Shown: positions 49,308 to 58,516 of the stretch, piece by piece
How positions within the stretch are numbered: position 1 is the first letter of the stretch
How the letters are laid out: every line of letters starts with the position of its first letter
Assembly: GCA_963663545.1 (NCBI GenBank)
Contig: OY760505.1
Span: 1,248,001-1,312,000, forward strand
Origin: Candidatus Delongbacteria bacterium
Lineage (GTDB): Bacteria > CAIWAD01
Reading direction: 5' to 3'
Length of the DNA stretch: 64,000 nucleotides
Position numbers and translations under genes: made by a program
The notes under the pieces: model-generated
The model's database searches: none
The model's input: the letters and a program-made list of their open reading frames with translations, nothing else
Told to the model about the DNA's origin: nothing

Positions 49308-51869
49308 TCACTTGAGTAACAAGGCCTTCCGTGTCATCGACACCCCTTCTCCACGCAGGCAAATCAAATACACGCCACTCGCCAGCGAGTTGCCGTCAAG
49401 GGTGACAAGATGTTCTCCGGCGGCAAAGTCTGTGTCGGCCAGGGTCTGGACGAACTGGCCGCGGAGGTTGTAGGCCTGCAGGGTGAAGTGGCCAGCCTGG
49501 GGTAGCGTGAAGGGGATGGTGGTCACCGGGTTGAAGGGGTTGGGGTAGGCGGAGCCGAGAGTAGGGGACGCGGGGCACCGGCGGTTCGGAGCAATAATGT
49601 GCGGCAGCCCAGTGGTGTACCAGCTTGTGTCTAGCACCGCCGCGTGCAGACCACCTGTGTAGCCGATGTCTGCCCTTGCATCACCCTGGCTCGGCCAGAT
49701 CGCAAAGCCATCCTGATCAACCTGGTCAAATGTGCTGTCAAGCCCCGCATCGATGCAAGGGCTTGTACTGGCCAGGAAGGGCACGCCCAGATCGGGATCA
49801 AAACCAGGCTCGTCGCCAATGATGTTGCCAAAGCCTTCCATGGATTCCTGCAGATAGCAGTGTTGATACTGCGCAGGGTAGGTCAAATCCTGGAATAGGT
49901 CATACTGGTTGTTCACGATGATGCTGTTTCGCACATCGTAACGAGATTCAGGGTCGTCCTCAAAGTAGAAAAGCACGGGAAGTGTACAGTTCACAACGGT
50001 GAAGTTCTCCATGACACCAGAATACCAGCCCGAACAGGTTGCCGCACTGTGCATGCCCATTCGGTATGGATAGGAGTGATAGAACTCTTGAGTGTAAATG
50101 CCATCGATATACACATTAGATATAAAAGCGTTGTAGCCAGCAAGAAAGACGCCCATACGACCTGAGTTAATAACTTCGATGTTCTCGGCGTGCAAGGACC
50201 AGAAATCGGCGGCAAAGATCCCCCCATCATCGCAGTCCTCGATCCGTACTCCATCCAAATAGACAATAGGCTGCACAGGTGAACCGCTTGGCTCGATGGC
50301 AAACACTCCCGACACGCCGAAGGACCCACCCATCCAGGTGTTATCCGGTACGACGTTGTAGTGCCTGTTCCCTTCGAAGTGCAGGTTTCGGGCGTACAAC
50401 GTGGCATTGGCCATGTTAGCATGAAGGACATACCCGTAGTCGGCATACATGCAGCCATTGGACAAGGACGTATTGAAGAGAGAATCGTGATCTATGACCG
50501 TGTTGTTTAGAAACTCAATATTCTCAAGGGTAACTGGATACTCCGGTATTGAATGATAAATAGCGAGGATGCCGCCATTACCGAACTTCACGCCATCATA
50601 AGGGTCGTCAGGATTCGTCAGTAACTCGATTGTGTTGTCCTGAAAGCGAGAGTTGGTGATGGAAATCTTGGATCCAACAATGCTCGGATCTGTTCCTGCA
50701 CTGCCGATCCACTCCCCGCCCATGTAGTTCCCCTCGGCAAGGAGGCTATCTACCCTACCACCCGAGCTACAGCTAATCCCCAAGATCTGACCGCGCTCAT
50801 TGGAGTTGTCAATCAGTCTCACATTCCGAACATCGCAAGAATCGGCTGATATGCCCACAACAGACCGAGAGCTCCCCTCGGTGTCCGTCACATTGTCAAT
50901 GGAATTTCGCTCGACAATCAAGCGATCCATACGTAACATTGTTTCCACATCATCAAATGCGTTTGTAGACACACCAAAAAGTTCCGACTCACAATTCGAG
51001 TTATCGTAAATGCGGGTATTGGTGATTGTACAATCATCGGAGAAGTGGATGAGCACCGGGACTTCTGGAGCCTCGTTGAAGCCGGTAATGACCAACGAAT
51101 CAACCACTAACGGGCACTGTGTTGAGATATCCAACACGCGAGCACCACCCAGATTCGGCGTAGCCACGAAATCATTTATCTGAATCATCTCGTCTGAGCA
51201 GACGTATATACATGCATGCTGATGCTCGCCATCCGTGGCCTGGCACCCGAACACTCGCACCAAGTTCAGTGTTACCGATCCGCTATACCTTGGACCATGC
51301 GGCTGAGGCATTACTCGCATGGCAAGCCCGAAGAAATCTGCTGTATGGTCTCGAAACACCACATGATCCAGACTTACGTCAACGCTATCCCAAACGGCCA
51401 ACCCGCCCGCGTAGCAATAGAGTTCATCCATCTCCGAATGACCACGACCATTCTGGATCGTCAAGCCAATGCAGGCCAGGCGTTTGTCACCAACTCCCGT
51501 ATCGATCACTGTGGAATCACCGCTACCATCCAGCATGGTGGCAGCCACATGAGCCGTATCGCCATCGAATAAGTAGTGAGAAGCCAGGGTCAGGTCGTGA
51601 TGCGGGAGGTGTAAATGGCAGTGATACAAGCCGTCAGCGATCAATATGGTGTCGCCTGGTGAGCTGCCATTGACCGCGTCCGTGACATCGGCGATGTCCG
51701 CTGGAACATGGGTGACAGTAGCGAATGCAGTACAGATCATGAGTAGGACCAGCAGTACCAGCGTCTTGGTCGATCGGATCGTGATGCAGATGAGTTGAAA
51801 TGCCCCGTGCACCGTGAGTCCCTGCCCTTGATTTGTGATACAAGAAGATAGCTCCCTTAGGTACTCCAC
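49308..51869 (-). CDS. Secreted beta-helix-like protein with C-terminal sorting (T9SS-type A/FlgD-Ig-like) domain
   Basis: HVPAD...GDTILIADG, SPCIDAG...ADIGYTGG; tail AYPNPFNPVTTI...YNLRGQ...ASGVY...RKALLLK. Start uncertain. Confidence 0.75.
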   Translation of the reverse strand: MEYLRELSSCITNQGQGLTVHGAFQLICITIRSTKTLVLLVLLMICTAFATVTHVPADIADVTDAVNGSSPGDTILIADGLYHCHLHLPHHDLTLASHYLFDGDTAHVAATMLDGSGDSTVIDTGVGDKRLACIGLTIQNGRGHSEMDELYCYAGGLAVWDSVDVSLDHVVFRDHTADFFGLAMRVMPQPHGPRYSGSVTLNLVRVFGCQATDGEHQHACIYVCSDEMIQINDFVATPNLGGARVLDISTQCPLVVDSLVITGFNEAPEVPVLIHFSDDCTITNTRIYDNSNCESELFGVSTNAFDDVETMLRMDRLIVERNSIDNVTDTEGSSRSVVGISADSCDVRNVRLIDNSNERGQILGISCSSGGRVDSLLAEGNYMGGEWIGSAGTDPSIVGSKISITNSRFQDNTIELLTNPDDPYDGVKFGNGGILAIYHSIPEYPVTLENIEFLNNTVIDHDSLFNTSLSNGCMYADYGYVLHANMANATLYARNLHFEGNRHYNVVPDNTWMGGSFGVSGVFAIEPSGSPVQPIVYLDGVRIEDCDDGGIFAADFWSLHAENIEVINSGRMGVFLAGYNAFISNVYIDGIYTQEFYHSYPYRMGMHSAATCSGWYSGVMENFTVVNCTLPVLFYFEDDPESRYDVRNSIIVNNQYDLFQDLTYPAQYQHCYLQESMEGFGNIIGDEPGFDPDLGVPFLASTSPCIDAGLDSTFDQVDQDGFAIWPSQGDARADIGYTGGLHAAVLDTSWYTTGLPHIIAPNRRCPASPTLGSAYPNPFNPVTTIPFTLPQAGHFTLQAYNLRGQFVQTLADTDFAAGEHLVTLDGNSLASGVYLICLRGEGVSMTRKALLLK

Positions 51870-51984
51870 GGAAGTAAAAGGCGTTATCGGAACAGGTTTT
51901 GATTCTTCTGGCGGTTTGTGCTGCAGGAAAGCATGCGGGAAAACGCCTATCCTGCCCGTAACGCATTGCCTCCGAAAAGCAAGC

Positions 51985-53709
51985 TCATCTGACTAGCGGC
52001 AGCGCCTCCCCCGGCGCAAGCTCAACAACACCTCTCCCCGTGCGAATCCAGACAGGCGTATCACCGGGATTGCGAGCAGCGGAATCACTGAAGATCACGC
52101 GAAGGGCGGCACGCAAGTAGTCTGCGACCTCGATGTTTTGCGCATACCATATGTCCTCGCGATGGCCGAGGCGCTCGCAAATCGCGCGCATGCGCTCCCA
52201 GCCGGCCTCGTCGAGAAAGTGGCTGTGGCCCCAGAGGTAGAGCAGCGCCGGTCGCTCTTCCTGCCAGTTCACAAGCTGATCGGCGAAGCGCAGGCCGTCC
52301 CAGTCGTTGCTGGTGGCCGCCCACTGCATCAGTCCGTCGGGCAGGTTGGCGGGCAGTTCCAGGCTGCCGCTGTCGTTAGTGGTGCGCGCGTAGCGAATGC
52401 CCTCCTGCCGGGCGATGTCGATGACGCGATAGTCGTAAGCGCCACCGCCCGCGTTACCAAAGGGATAGGCCATGCCGTGGATCGGGTGGCCAAGCAGCTC
52501 CGCCAGTGCCGTGTTACAGTCGCGAATCTCCCTGCGAATGGAGCTTGTATCACCCTGCGCCAGCCAGGGATGTGTTACGGAATGGTTGGCCACTTCGTGT
52601 CCCGCGTAAAGACTGGCCAGTTCCTGGCGTGTGACAAAATCCGGCGCATCCAGGAAGCTCAGCGTGAGATTGAAGGTGCCCACGATGCCGTATTCGTTGA
52701 AGAGGCGCGCCATGCGTTCATCAGTAGCGGGGCCGTCGTCGTAGCTCATGATCAGCGCTTTGCTCTTGCCGCCCGGCCAGGCGAAACGTGTGGGATCGAG
52801 GGAACGATTCGGTTCTTGTGGAACTCCGTTGACGCGAATGCAGCGTGACACATCCAGGATTTCAGCAGCAGAATCCGTGACACAGGCAGCGTCAAACTGC
52901 ACCTCATTCACCATCGATCGGGCCAGACGCAGGCGGAAGACGCTCGCTTCGCTATCATAGTTGCCAGCGAGCAGGGGCTTTCCCGATTCCGCATCAAGGA
53001 TTGCGCAGGTGGCGTTGGCATCCAAGGGCGTCATCGTCCACTCGGGGCCAAGCGGCTTCAGCACAATGTTCTCGACATCGAAGGAAACAGCTCCCGCTTC
53101 CACGCGTGATACAAGTGGATCTGCCCGATCTTGAGTCAGGTTTCCGGCCAACTGAAGCTCGCGCCCCTCCAACTCCGGCGGCAGATGAATCACCGTGATC
53201 CGCGCATCGCACCTCTTGGGCGGAAGATGCTGCGCCACACCATTCACCAGCAGACTTTCCTGCTCCATATCCAGCTCCAGAGGTGGCGTTTGTGTTAGCG
53301 CGTACTGTGCATCGACGAGCACCTGATTGTCGACGCCTTCCACCAGTGTCACACGGAAATTGTTGTCGTTGCTGCCATAGTTGCCCGTGATACGCCGCGC
53401 CCAGCTTCCAGGCTCAACGAAGGCAAAGCCTAGATTCGCTCCGGCGGGCGCGTCCTGCCAGGCGGCATCCAGTGGTTCTGGATCAAGAGTGGCAAAGGCG
53501 AACTCCAGCTCGCCGTGTTGAACCGTGGCACGGTTGGCACTATTGTCCCAGTTATTCAGCGTGCCCGCCAGCGCGAGCTCGACGCCTTCGAACTCCACTG
53601 GTAGATGGATCACACGAATCTGCAGACTGGTTTGGGCAAAGACAGCAGTGCTGAGGAGTAGGAGAAGGACGCAGGCAAGTGCGCGAGTTTTGGCGCTACG
53701 TGTTGTAAT
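51985..53709 (-). CDS. Polysaccharide deacetylase (NodB/CE4) with two N-terminal repeated CBM-like domains
   Basis: MSYDDG, HEVANHSVTHP, AYPFG, LWGHSH; repeats VIHLP.E.EG.EL.LAG. The frame stays open upstream of GTG 53613 through a signal peptide to ATT 53709. Confidence 0.82.
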   Translation of the reverse strand: MTTRSAKTRALACVLLLLLSTAVFAQTSLQIRVIHLPVEFEGVELALAGTLNNWDNSANRATVQHGELEFAFATLDPEPLDAAWQDAPAGANLGFAFVEPGSWARRITGNYGSNDNNFRVTLVEGVDNQVLVDAQYALTQTPPLELDMEQESLLVNGVAQHLPPKRCDARITVIHLPPELEGRELQLAGNLTQDRADPLVSRVEAGAVSFDVENIVLKPLGPEWTMTPLDANATCAILDAESGKPLLAGNYDSEASVFRLRLARSMVNEVQFDAACVTDSAAEILDVSRCIRVNGVPQEPNRSLDPTRFAWPGGKSKALIMSYDDGPATDERMARLFNEYGIVGTFNLTLSFLDAPDFVTRQELASLYAGHEVANHSVTHPWLAQGDTSSIRREIRDCNTALAELLGHPIHGMAYPFGNAGGGAYDYRVIDIARQEGIRYARTTNDSGSLELPANLPDGLMQWAATSNDWDGLRFADQLVNWQEERPALLYLWGHSHFLDEAGWERMRAICERLGHREDIWYAQNIEVADYLRAALRVIFSDSAARNPGDTPVWIRTGRGVVELAPGEALPLVR

Positions 53710-53712
53710 GTG

Positions 53713-53886
53713 TCAGCTCAGTTTTTGGATGATGCTCTTGGCAAGCATTTCATTGATTTCACGGTGCCTGGGCACTGGCTGGTACATGTTTGTGGCGGGA
53801 TTCATGTACCAATCGTGCTTGCCACCGTGACGGACAAACACGCAACTCAGCTTCTCTATCGCTGCGATAAGGTCTTTGCGTTTCAT
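53713..53886 (-). CDS. hicA: HicA-family toxin (mRNA interferase)
   Basis: MKRKDLI...RHGGKHDWY.NP...PVPRHREI..LAK.I. Confidence 0.88.
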   Translation of the reverse strand: MKRKDLIAAIEKLSCVFVRHGGKHDWYMNPATNMYQPVPRHREINEMLAKSIIQKLS

Positions 53887-54074
53887 GCGACCACAAGCTC
53901 GCCAACGTGACGAACGCATGGAATCTCGCCACTTGTCAGGTCCTTGTACAAATCGAGAAGATGCTGCTGCAAGTCTTCAAGAGTATCGCCCTGAGTCATG
54001 TAGTCAGGAAACTCCTGCCAATACCCAAGCCATTTATCCCGGTCCTGAAAGTAGACGTACTTCTTGGTGGTCAT
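53883..54074 (-). CDS. hicB: HicB-family antitoxin
   Basis: WLGY..EFPDYMTQGDTLEDL; ATGA overlap with hicA; AGGAG RBS. Confidence 0.85.
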   Translation of the reverse strand: MTTKKYVYFQDRDKWLGYWQEFPDYMTQGDTLEDLQQHLLDLYKDLTSGEIPCVRHVGELVVA

Positions 54075-54210
54075 GGCCGAACTCCTTTGGCTTTCGCGGA
54101 TTGTAGTAGATGGCTGCTTCACGATCAAGATCAAGGACGCCATCCTGCCGGTCCTACATCCATTCTGTCCAGATCCACTTCTGTGCTCCGTCAATCAGCC
54201 TGTTTCGTCA

Positions 54211-54247
54211 GATCTTACTCCGAATTACGCGGTTAATCGCGGTTTAC
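54211..54247. repeat. Direct repeat (37 bp), left copy flanking the ATPase gene
   Basis: gatcttactccgaattacgcggttaatcgcggtttac; 36/37 identical to 55516-55552. Confidence 0.92.
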
Positions 54248-54259
54248 GCGGATCAGCAA

Positions 54260-55441
54260 TCACGCACCCGGGTGCCAATCCGGCATTTCGCGCAGCATGA
54301 AGACATCGAAAAGAGGCACGGTGAAAGCGGTCGATCCGTGCGTTGGGCTCCAGATCATTCCCTTTTTTATCAATCCTTTGCGAAGAGTTCCGAGGCTTTC
54401 GACCCGCTTCCCAAGCACTTCGGCGATTGCCCCCGAGCGATGAGGACCAGGCCCCAGATCCGCCATGGCGCGCAGGTAGTCTTGCTCACGCGGGGTCAGC
54501 CGGTCGAAGCGAACGCGGAAGAAACATCTATCCAGGGCAATGGTGGCCTGGAGGCTGGCACTCTCAACGTCCGCTAGGCGAACCGGGCTCTGCTCTGCAG
54601 CTTTCCATGCATGCTTTCCCCACTCCTGCAGGAAGTAGGGATAGCACTTCGTCAGGTCGATGATCCTACTAAGCGCATCGGCCTCAATGCTTTCCCCTTC
54701 ATCTTCAATTGGCTTCTGCACAGCCTCCATTGCGGCTTCGCGCGAAAGAGCTCCCACATGCTGGAACTCGAAAAGCCGCTCTGCATAGGATTTTGCCTCA
54801 CCCGCCAACCCCGCCACCTGCGGCAGCCCGGCACCGAAGAGAATGACGGGTAGCCCCTTCTGCGAGATCAGGTGAAAGGACACGATCAGGCCGCGCAAAT
54901 CATCCTCGTTCAAGTACTGAATTTCATCGATGAACAAGGCAACGCATTTGTCTGCAGCACTGGCAGCGCGACCAATACCGAGCATCAGTTCCGGCAGGTC
55001 CACCTCGATGTTGCCGCTGTCCGCAGTCTGCGGCTCGGAAACGGCAAACTCGGCCTCCCCCAGGTTCACCTTGAAGACACTCGCAAAGCCACGCAGGGCG
55101 CCCATGGTCCTTGCTGCCAGCTCCTTCGCGCGCTCGATCTTGCTCAGGCGTAGCAGCAGGGCTTTCAGCATGGGCGCCAGGTATTCCGCAAGGCGTTGTC
55201 CCTCTGGCGCTTCCAGCTCAATGACATCAAAGCCCACTTCTCGGGCATTGTCAGAAATCCTGTTCAAGAGCACGGTTTTGCCTACGCCACGAAGCCCCAA
55301 TAGTAGCTGACTTTTCTCCGGTCTGCCGAGCTTGACTCGCTGCAGGGCGATATCCGCCGAGGCCAGGATTTGCTCGCGACCGACCAGGGCTGGCGGCTGA
55401 GTGCCAGCTCCAGGAGCAAAGGGATTCCTGATATAATCCAT
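54260..55441 (-). CDS. P-loop ATPase (AAA_16/STAND-like) with C-terminal winged-helix
   Basis: NPFAPGAG..P, Walker A GLRGVGKT, Walker B FIDEIQ, YPYFLQ, R.GLIKKG.I.SP.HG...FTVP.F. Confidence 0.88.
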   Translation of the reverse strand: MDYIRNPFAPGAGTQPPALVGREQILASADIALQRVKLGRPEKSQLLLGLRGVGKTVLLNRISDNAREVGFDVIELEAPEGQRLAEYLAPMLKALLLRLSKIERAKELAARTMGALRGFASVFKVNLGEAEFAVSEPQTADSGNIEVDLPELMLGIGRAASAADKCVALFIDEIQYLNEDDLRGLIVSFHLISQKGLPVILFGAGLPQVAGLAGEAKSYAERLFEFQHVGALSREAAMEAVQKPIEDEGESIEADALSRIIDLTKCYPYFLQEWGKHAWKAAEQSPVRLADVESASLQATIALDRCFFRVRFDRLTPREQDYLRAMADLGPGPHRSGAIAEVLGKRVESLGTLRKGLIKKGMIWSPTHGSTAFTVPLFDVFMLREMPDWHPGA

Positions 55442-55515
55442 TCCAAACCCTGCCATTTAGTTGGAGTTTACTCCATCTTACCATTCTTACATCGCTTACA
55501 CAATGCAACTAGTTG

Positions 55516-55552
55516 GATCTTACTCCGAATTACGCGGTTAATCGCGGATTAC
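55516..55552. repeat. Direct repeat (37 bp), right copy flanking the ATPase gene
   Basis: gatcttactccgaattacgcggttaatcgcggattac. Confidence 0.92.
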
Positions 55553-55809
55553 ACTCGTCGAGCGGGGAGACCGGATGATGTCCCGGTGCTGTGAAAACAG
55601 GGCGGTTCACTGCAGAAGCCTGTAGCCCCACTCTCGGCATTGTCGTGGGACAGCTTCATGGGCGCAAGGCGGTGCGCTATTCGCATTTCAGCAAGCATCT
55701 GGTGGGAGTGCGAGAGAGCTCGATGCCCTACGGGGAAAACAGTGACGACCCTCGCCCGCCGATGGACACGATTCAGCATGGCCTGGGCGGGGCCCAACAG
55801 AGGGCTCTG

Positions 55810-56036
55810 CTACTCCAGCTCGTCAGCGTAGTCCGCCTGGTGATCGCTCACCTTGCCCAGCACGCGCCTGTACTTCTCTTCCGAACCGCGCGCGGCCCGT
55901 TCTGCCAGATACTCTTCGGTCATGAGGGCAGCCAGCGCGGTCGAGATTAGTTGGTTGATGGAGATGCGCTCTCGTTTGGCGAGCTGTCGATCTGCTCGTG
56001 CAGGGATTCTGGAATGCGAAGGCTGATGGTATGCAT
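55810..56036 (-). pseudogene. Frameshifted ribbon-helix-helix / HicB-like antitoxin
   Basis: AGGAG RBS, then MHTISLRIPESLHEQI in one frame, continuing RQLAKRERISINQLISTAL...EYLAERAARG in another. Length 227 nt, i.e. one base short. Confidence 0.75.
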
Positions 56037-56076
56037 GGGGTAACTCCTGGCTCACGCGGATCCACTAGTATCTATC

Positions 56077-57441
56077 TCAGGAATCGAGAGGGCAATTCTT
56101 GCACGTGTAGAACTGTTTGCTGCGCTTTGTGACTCTTGTCGCATGGTCCGTGTCGCACAGCAGGCTCTCAAGCAATCTGTGGAGAATTAGTAGTCTGAGT
56201 AGCTCGATATAGGGATGTAGTTTGCTCGGTGGAATAAGCCCTCTTCGATCTGTCAAATTATGATGCGCATACGCGTCTCGAGTAGCCTTTAGGTTCGTGA
56301 TGAACAAGTTTCGATCAGCAATAAACTCGTCCATTACGTCTTTCGATCTGACTAGCATATCATGGACAATAGCCCGGAAGCTTGAAAAGCCAGCTCTTTG
56401 GAGAACTTCAGAAAGCCAACTGCGATCCTCCTCCGGGCAGAGAGCTAGCACTCTTTGATTCCGCGAGATTTCGTTTGGATCTTTCTCCAATGCACCGCAA
56501 ACTTGGGATCTTGAAATGGATTCCAGAGTGCGCGCTAAATCTAGGAATACAGTTTCCGCAAACAGGTCCCTGTTGTGAATCGTACCAAAGTAGGCGAGTA
56601 GTGGTGTGCTTGAATCGCCGCAAAGCCGCAACCAACGCTGGAATAGGTCTGCATTTGCAATCGGCAGCAATTGTTCCCTGCGAAACTGAACACGTCTTTC
56701 AGCAAAAACCTCGGAATCACATCCCTTTAGGTCCCCCCAACCACCGATCAACTCGCAGAACTCCGAACTCCCATGGGGTGTAGTGTCACCATTAGCGAAA
56801 TGGATTGACTTCGCGAAAACAGACTTCCCAAATGAAAGACTGACTAGGTTACCAATTGGGTAGAAGTACTGTTTGTACCACTCGTCATAAGACAAAGGAC
56901 TTGGAGTTCGAATTGTAAGCCATCCCTCTCCAAAGAATCCATGCCTTTTGTCCCCAGCAACAGAAAACTCCGAAAACGAAATAGAATAATCTGCCGAGTC
57001 TGTCGAAAACTCCAAGTCCGTTGATAGTGCCCCTTTTGGTGGCCGGTTGGTGAGACTATTTTCGCTGCTGCTCCAACGCCCATCAGCTTGCCAGAACTCA
57101 TACAATCCAGGTACAACAAACCTTGCCGTATCAAATCTTAAGTCCTTAGTACTGTCTGCCGAATACCCCAAGTATAAGCGCCTTGCGGAAAGCTCGAGTT
57201 TACAGGGCGTAAAAAAGGACCACATGGGGCTTTGCGTTAAATCCCCTTCAAGTGTAAATGGCTGCTGCGAAAGCAATTTGCCGCGAACGACGCCGTTGCT
57301 ACTAATCTTCGGAGAATCAGTTTCACGCCAGATCAGGCTCAGTCGATTCTCCTTTGCCGACCTCAGCTCCAAGAGAGCATTATAAGTACGCCCACCCTGA
57401 CCGAACTGAACTTCACACAACTCCCGGTATGGATACTCCAT
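56077..57441 (-). CDS. ApeA-like HEPN domain protein (putative abortive-infection RNase)
   Basis: C-terminal FLDLARTLE...RDAYAH (Rx4H); about 450 aa; lower GC; GAGGAG RBS before MEYPY. Confidence 0.75.
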   Translation of the reverse strand: MEYPYRELCEVQFGQGGRTYNALLELRSAKENRLSLIWRETDSPKISSNGVVRGKLLSQQPFTLEGDLTQSPMWSFFTPCKLELSARRLYLGYSADSTKDLRFDTARFVVPGLYEFWQADGRWSSSENSLTNRPPKGALSTDLEFSTDSADYSISFSEFSVAGDKRHGFFGEGWLTIRTPSPLSYDEWYKQYFYPIGNLVSLSFGKSVFAKSIHFANGDTTPHGSSEFCELIGGWGDLKGCDSEVFAERRVQFRREQLLPIANADLFQRWLRLCGDSSTPLLAYFGTIHNRDLFAETVFLDLARTLESISRSQVCGALEKDPNEISRNQRVLALCPEEDRSWLSEVLQRAGFSSFRAIVHDMLVRSKDVMDEFIADRNLFITNLKATRDAYAHHNLTDRRGLIPPSKLHPYIELLRLLILHRLLESLLCDTDHATRVTKRSKQFYTCKNCPLDS

Positions 57442-57718
57442 CCCAATCTCCTCTTCAAGATACAAGGAAGGCGAGTCGCTTCTGGCCTGGCCACTCAGTC
57501 CCGCCGCTCGGCAGAACATCTGAATGGTCCTGGGCCTTAGTTTCATCAGGATTCTCGCTGTCGATTTGCTTGTAGTTTCTGCGTTGGTGCGTGGCCAATG
57601 TGCGGGAAAGTGAGCTGCGATCCAATGGAAAAGATGAGTGTAGAAACCGAGTAGGATTCACCCTGCAACCAGAAAAAAGTGCAGCTGGATGGAAGCGATT
57701 GTTTTTCTGCAAAAACCG

Positions 57719-58516
57719 CTATTTGCCACCCAAAACTGCAGCTAGGTAGGAGGCGATTCGCTGTTTGTTCTCGGCCAGACTGGAGTACTGTTTCTCGCAG
57801 ATATCACTGAAGCGCGCCAACACTTTGCGGTTGATCTGCTCCTGATCCTCAAAGATGCCAATGGAATGACCTTCGATCCCCCACCTTTCAAACTGAAGTA
57901 GCGTAATGGTGGCGTCGCGGACCTTCGCATCTGTAGGTAATGCAAACACATACATGGGCACAGGCATTCCATTGATGCGGCAATCTACTTGGTACCTGGC
58001 CGTCGGATCATGTTCGTTGTCGCTCCAATCAAAGCTCAGCCTGTCCGCGTCGCAGGACTCGGCAAGATGCTGGCAGAAATCGTCGTAAAACGTCGACTTC
58101 ACTCGTTCGCGAGACAGATAGGACACATCGCTGATTTTCAAGATGGCCTGCACGAAATCGAACAGAGCATCGCCAAAGCGCTCGTCAATCACCGATGCAA
58201 TCAGCTCGCCCTCCCGGTCTTCAACGGAAAAAGCATCCAGCGCGTTGGAGATAATCTTGGCGCGAGTCCCTTTGTGCAGCTCCTTCTCGGGCAGATCATA
58301 ACTCAGATGCATGTAGGTGTGCCCCTCGTCGGAGAGCTGCCACAAACCATCCACCCTTTTCAGCACAATGCTCAAATGGTCCCGATCATCAAACTGAAAA
58401 GGAGTGAAAACGCGAAAACGGTTCGCCCCTTCGGGAACAATCCTGACCTTCTCGGAGACCTTCTCCTGAAAGGAAGTGGCAACCCGGTCCTGTATGTCCT
58501 TGGATCCGCTAGACAT
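57719..58516 (-). CDS. DUF1828 (+DUF1829-like) domain protein
   Basis: TPF.F.D.DHL.I...WQLSDEGHT...L, F.QAI..ISD, and C-terminal YQVDCRING. Confidence 0.75.
   Translation of the reverse strand: MSSGSKDIQDRVATSFQEKVSEKVRIVPEGANRFRVFTPFQFDDRDHLSIVLKRVDGLWQLSDEGHTYMHLSYDLPEKELHKGTRAKIISNALDAFSVEDREGELIASVIDERFGDALFDFVQAILKISDVSYLSRERVKSTFYDDFCQHLAESCDADRLSFDWSDNEHDPTARYQVDCRINGMPVPMYVFALPTDAKVRDATITLLQFERWGIEGHSIGIFEDQEQINRKVLARFSDICEKQYSSLAENKQRIASYLAAVLGGK

Noticed and set aside
54211..55552. Integron attC sites
   Set aside because: No RYYYAAC...GTTRRRY ends or long imperfect palindrome, and no intI in the window; kept as an unexplained direct repeat.
55549..55797. Toxin partner for the frameshifted antitoxin
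   Set aside because: The ORF has no PIN/RelE/HicA features and no clear RBS.
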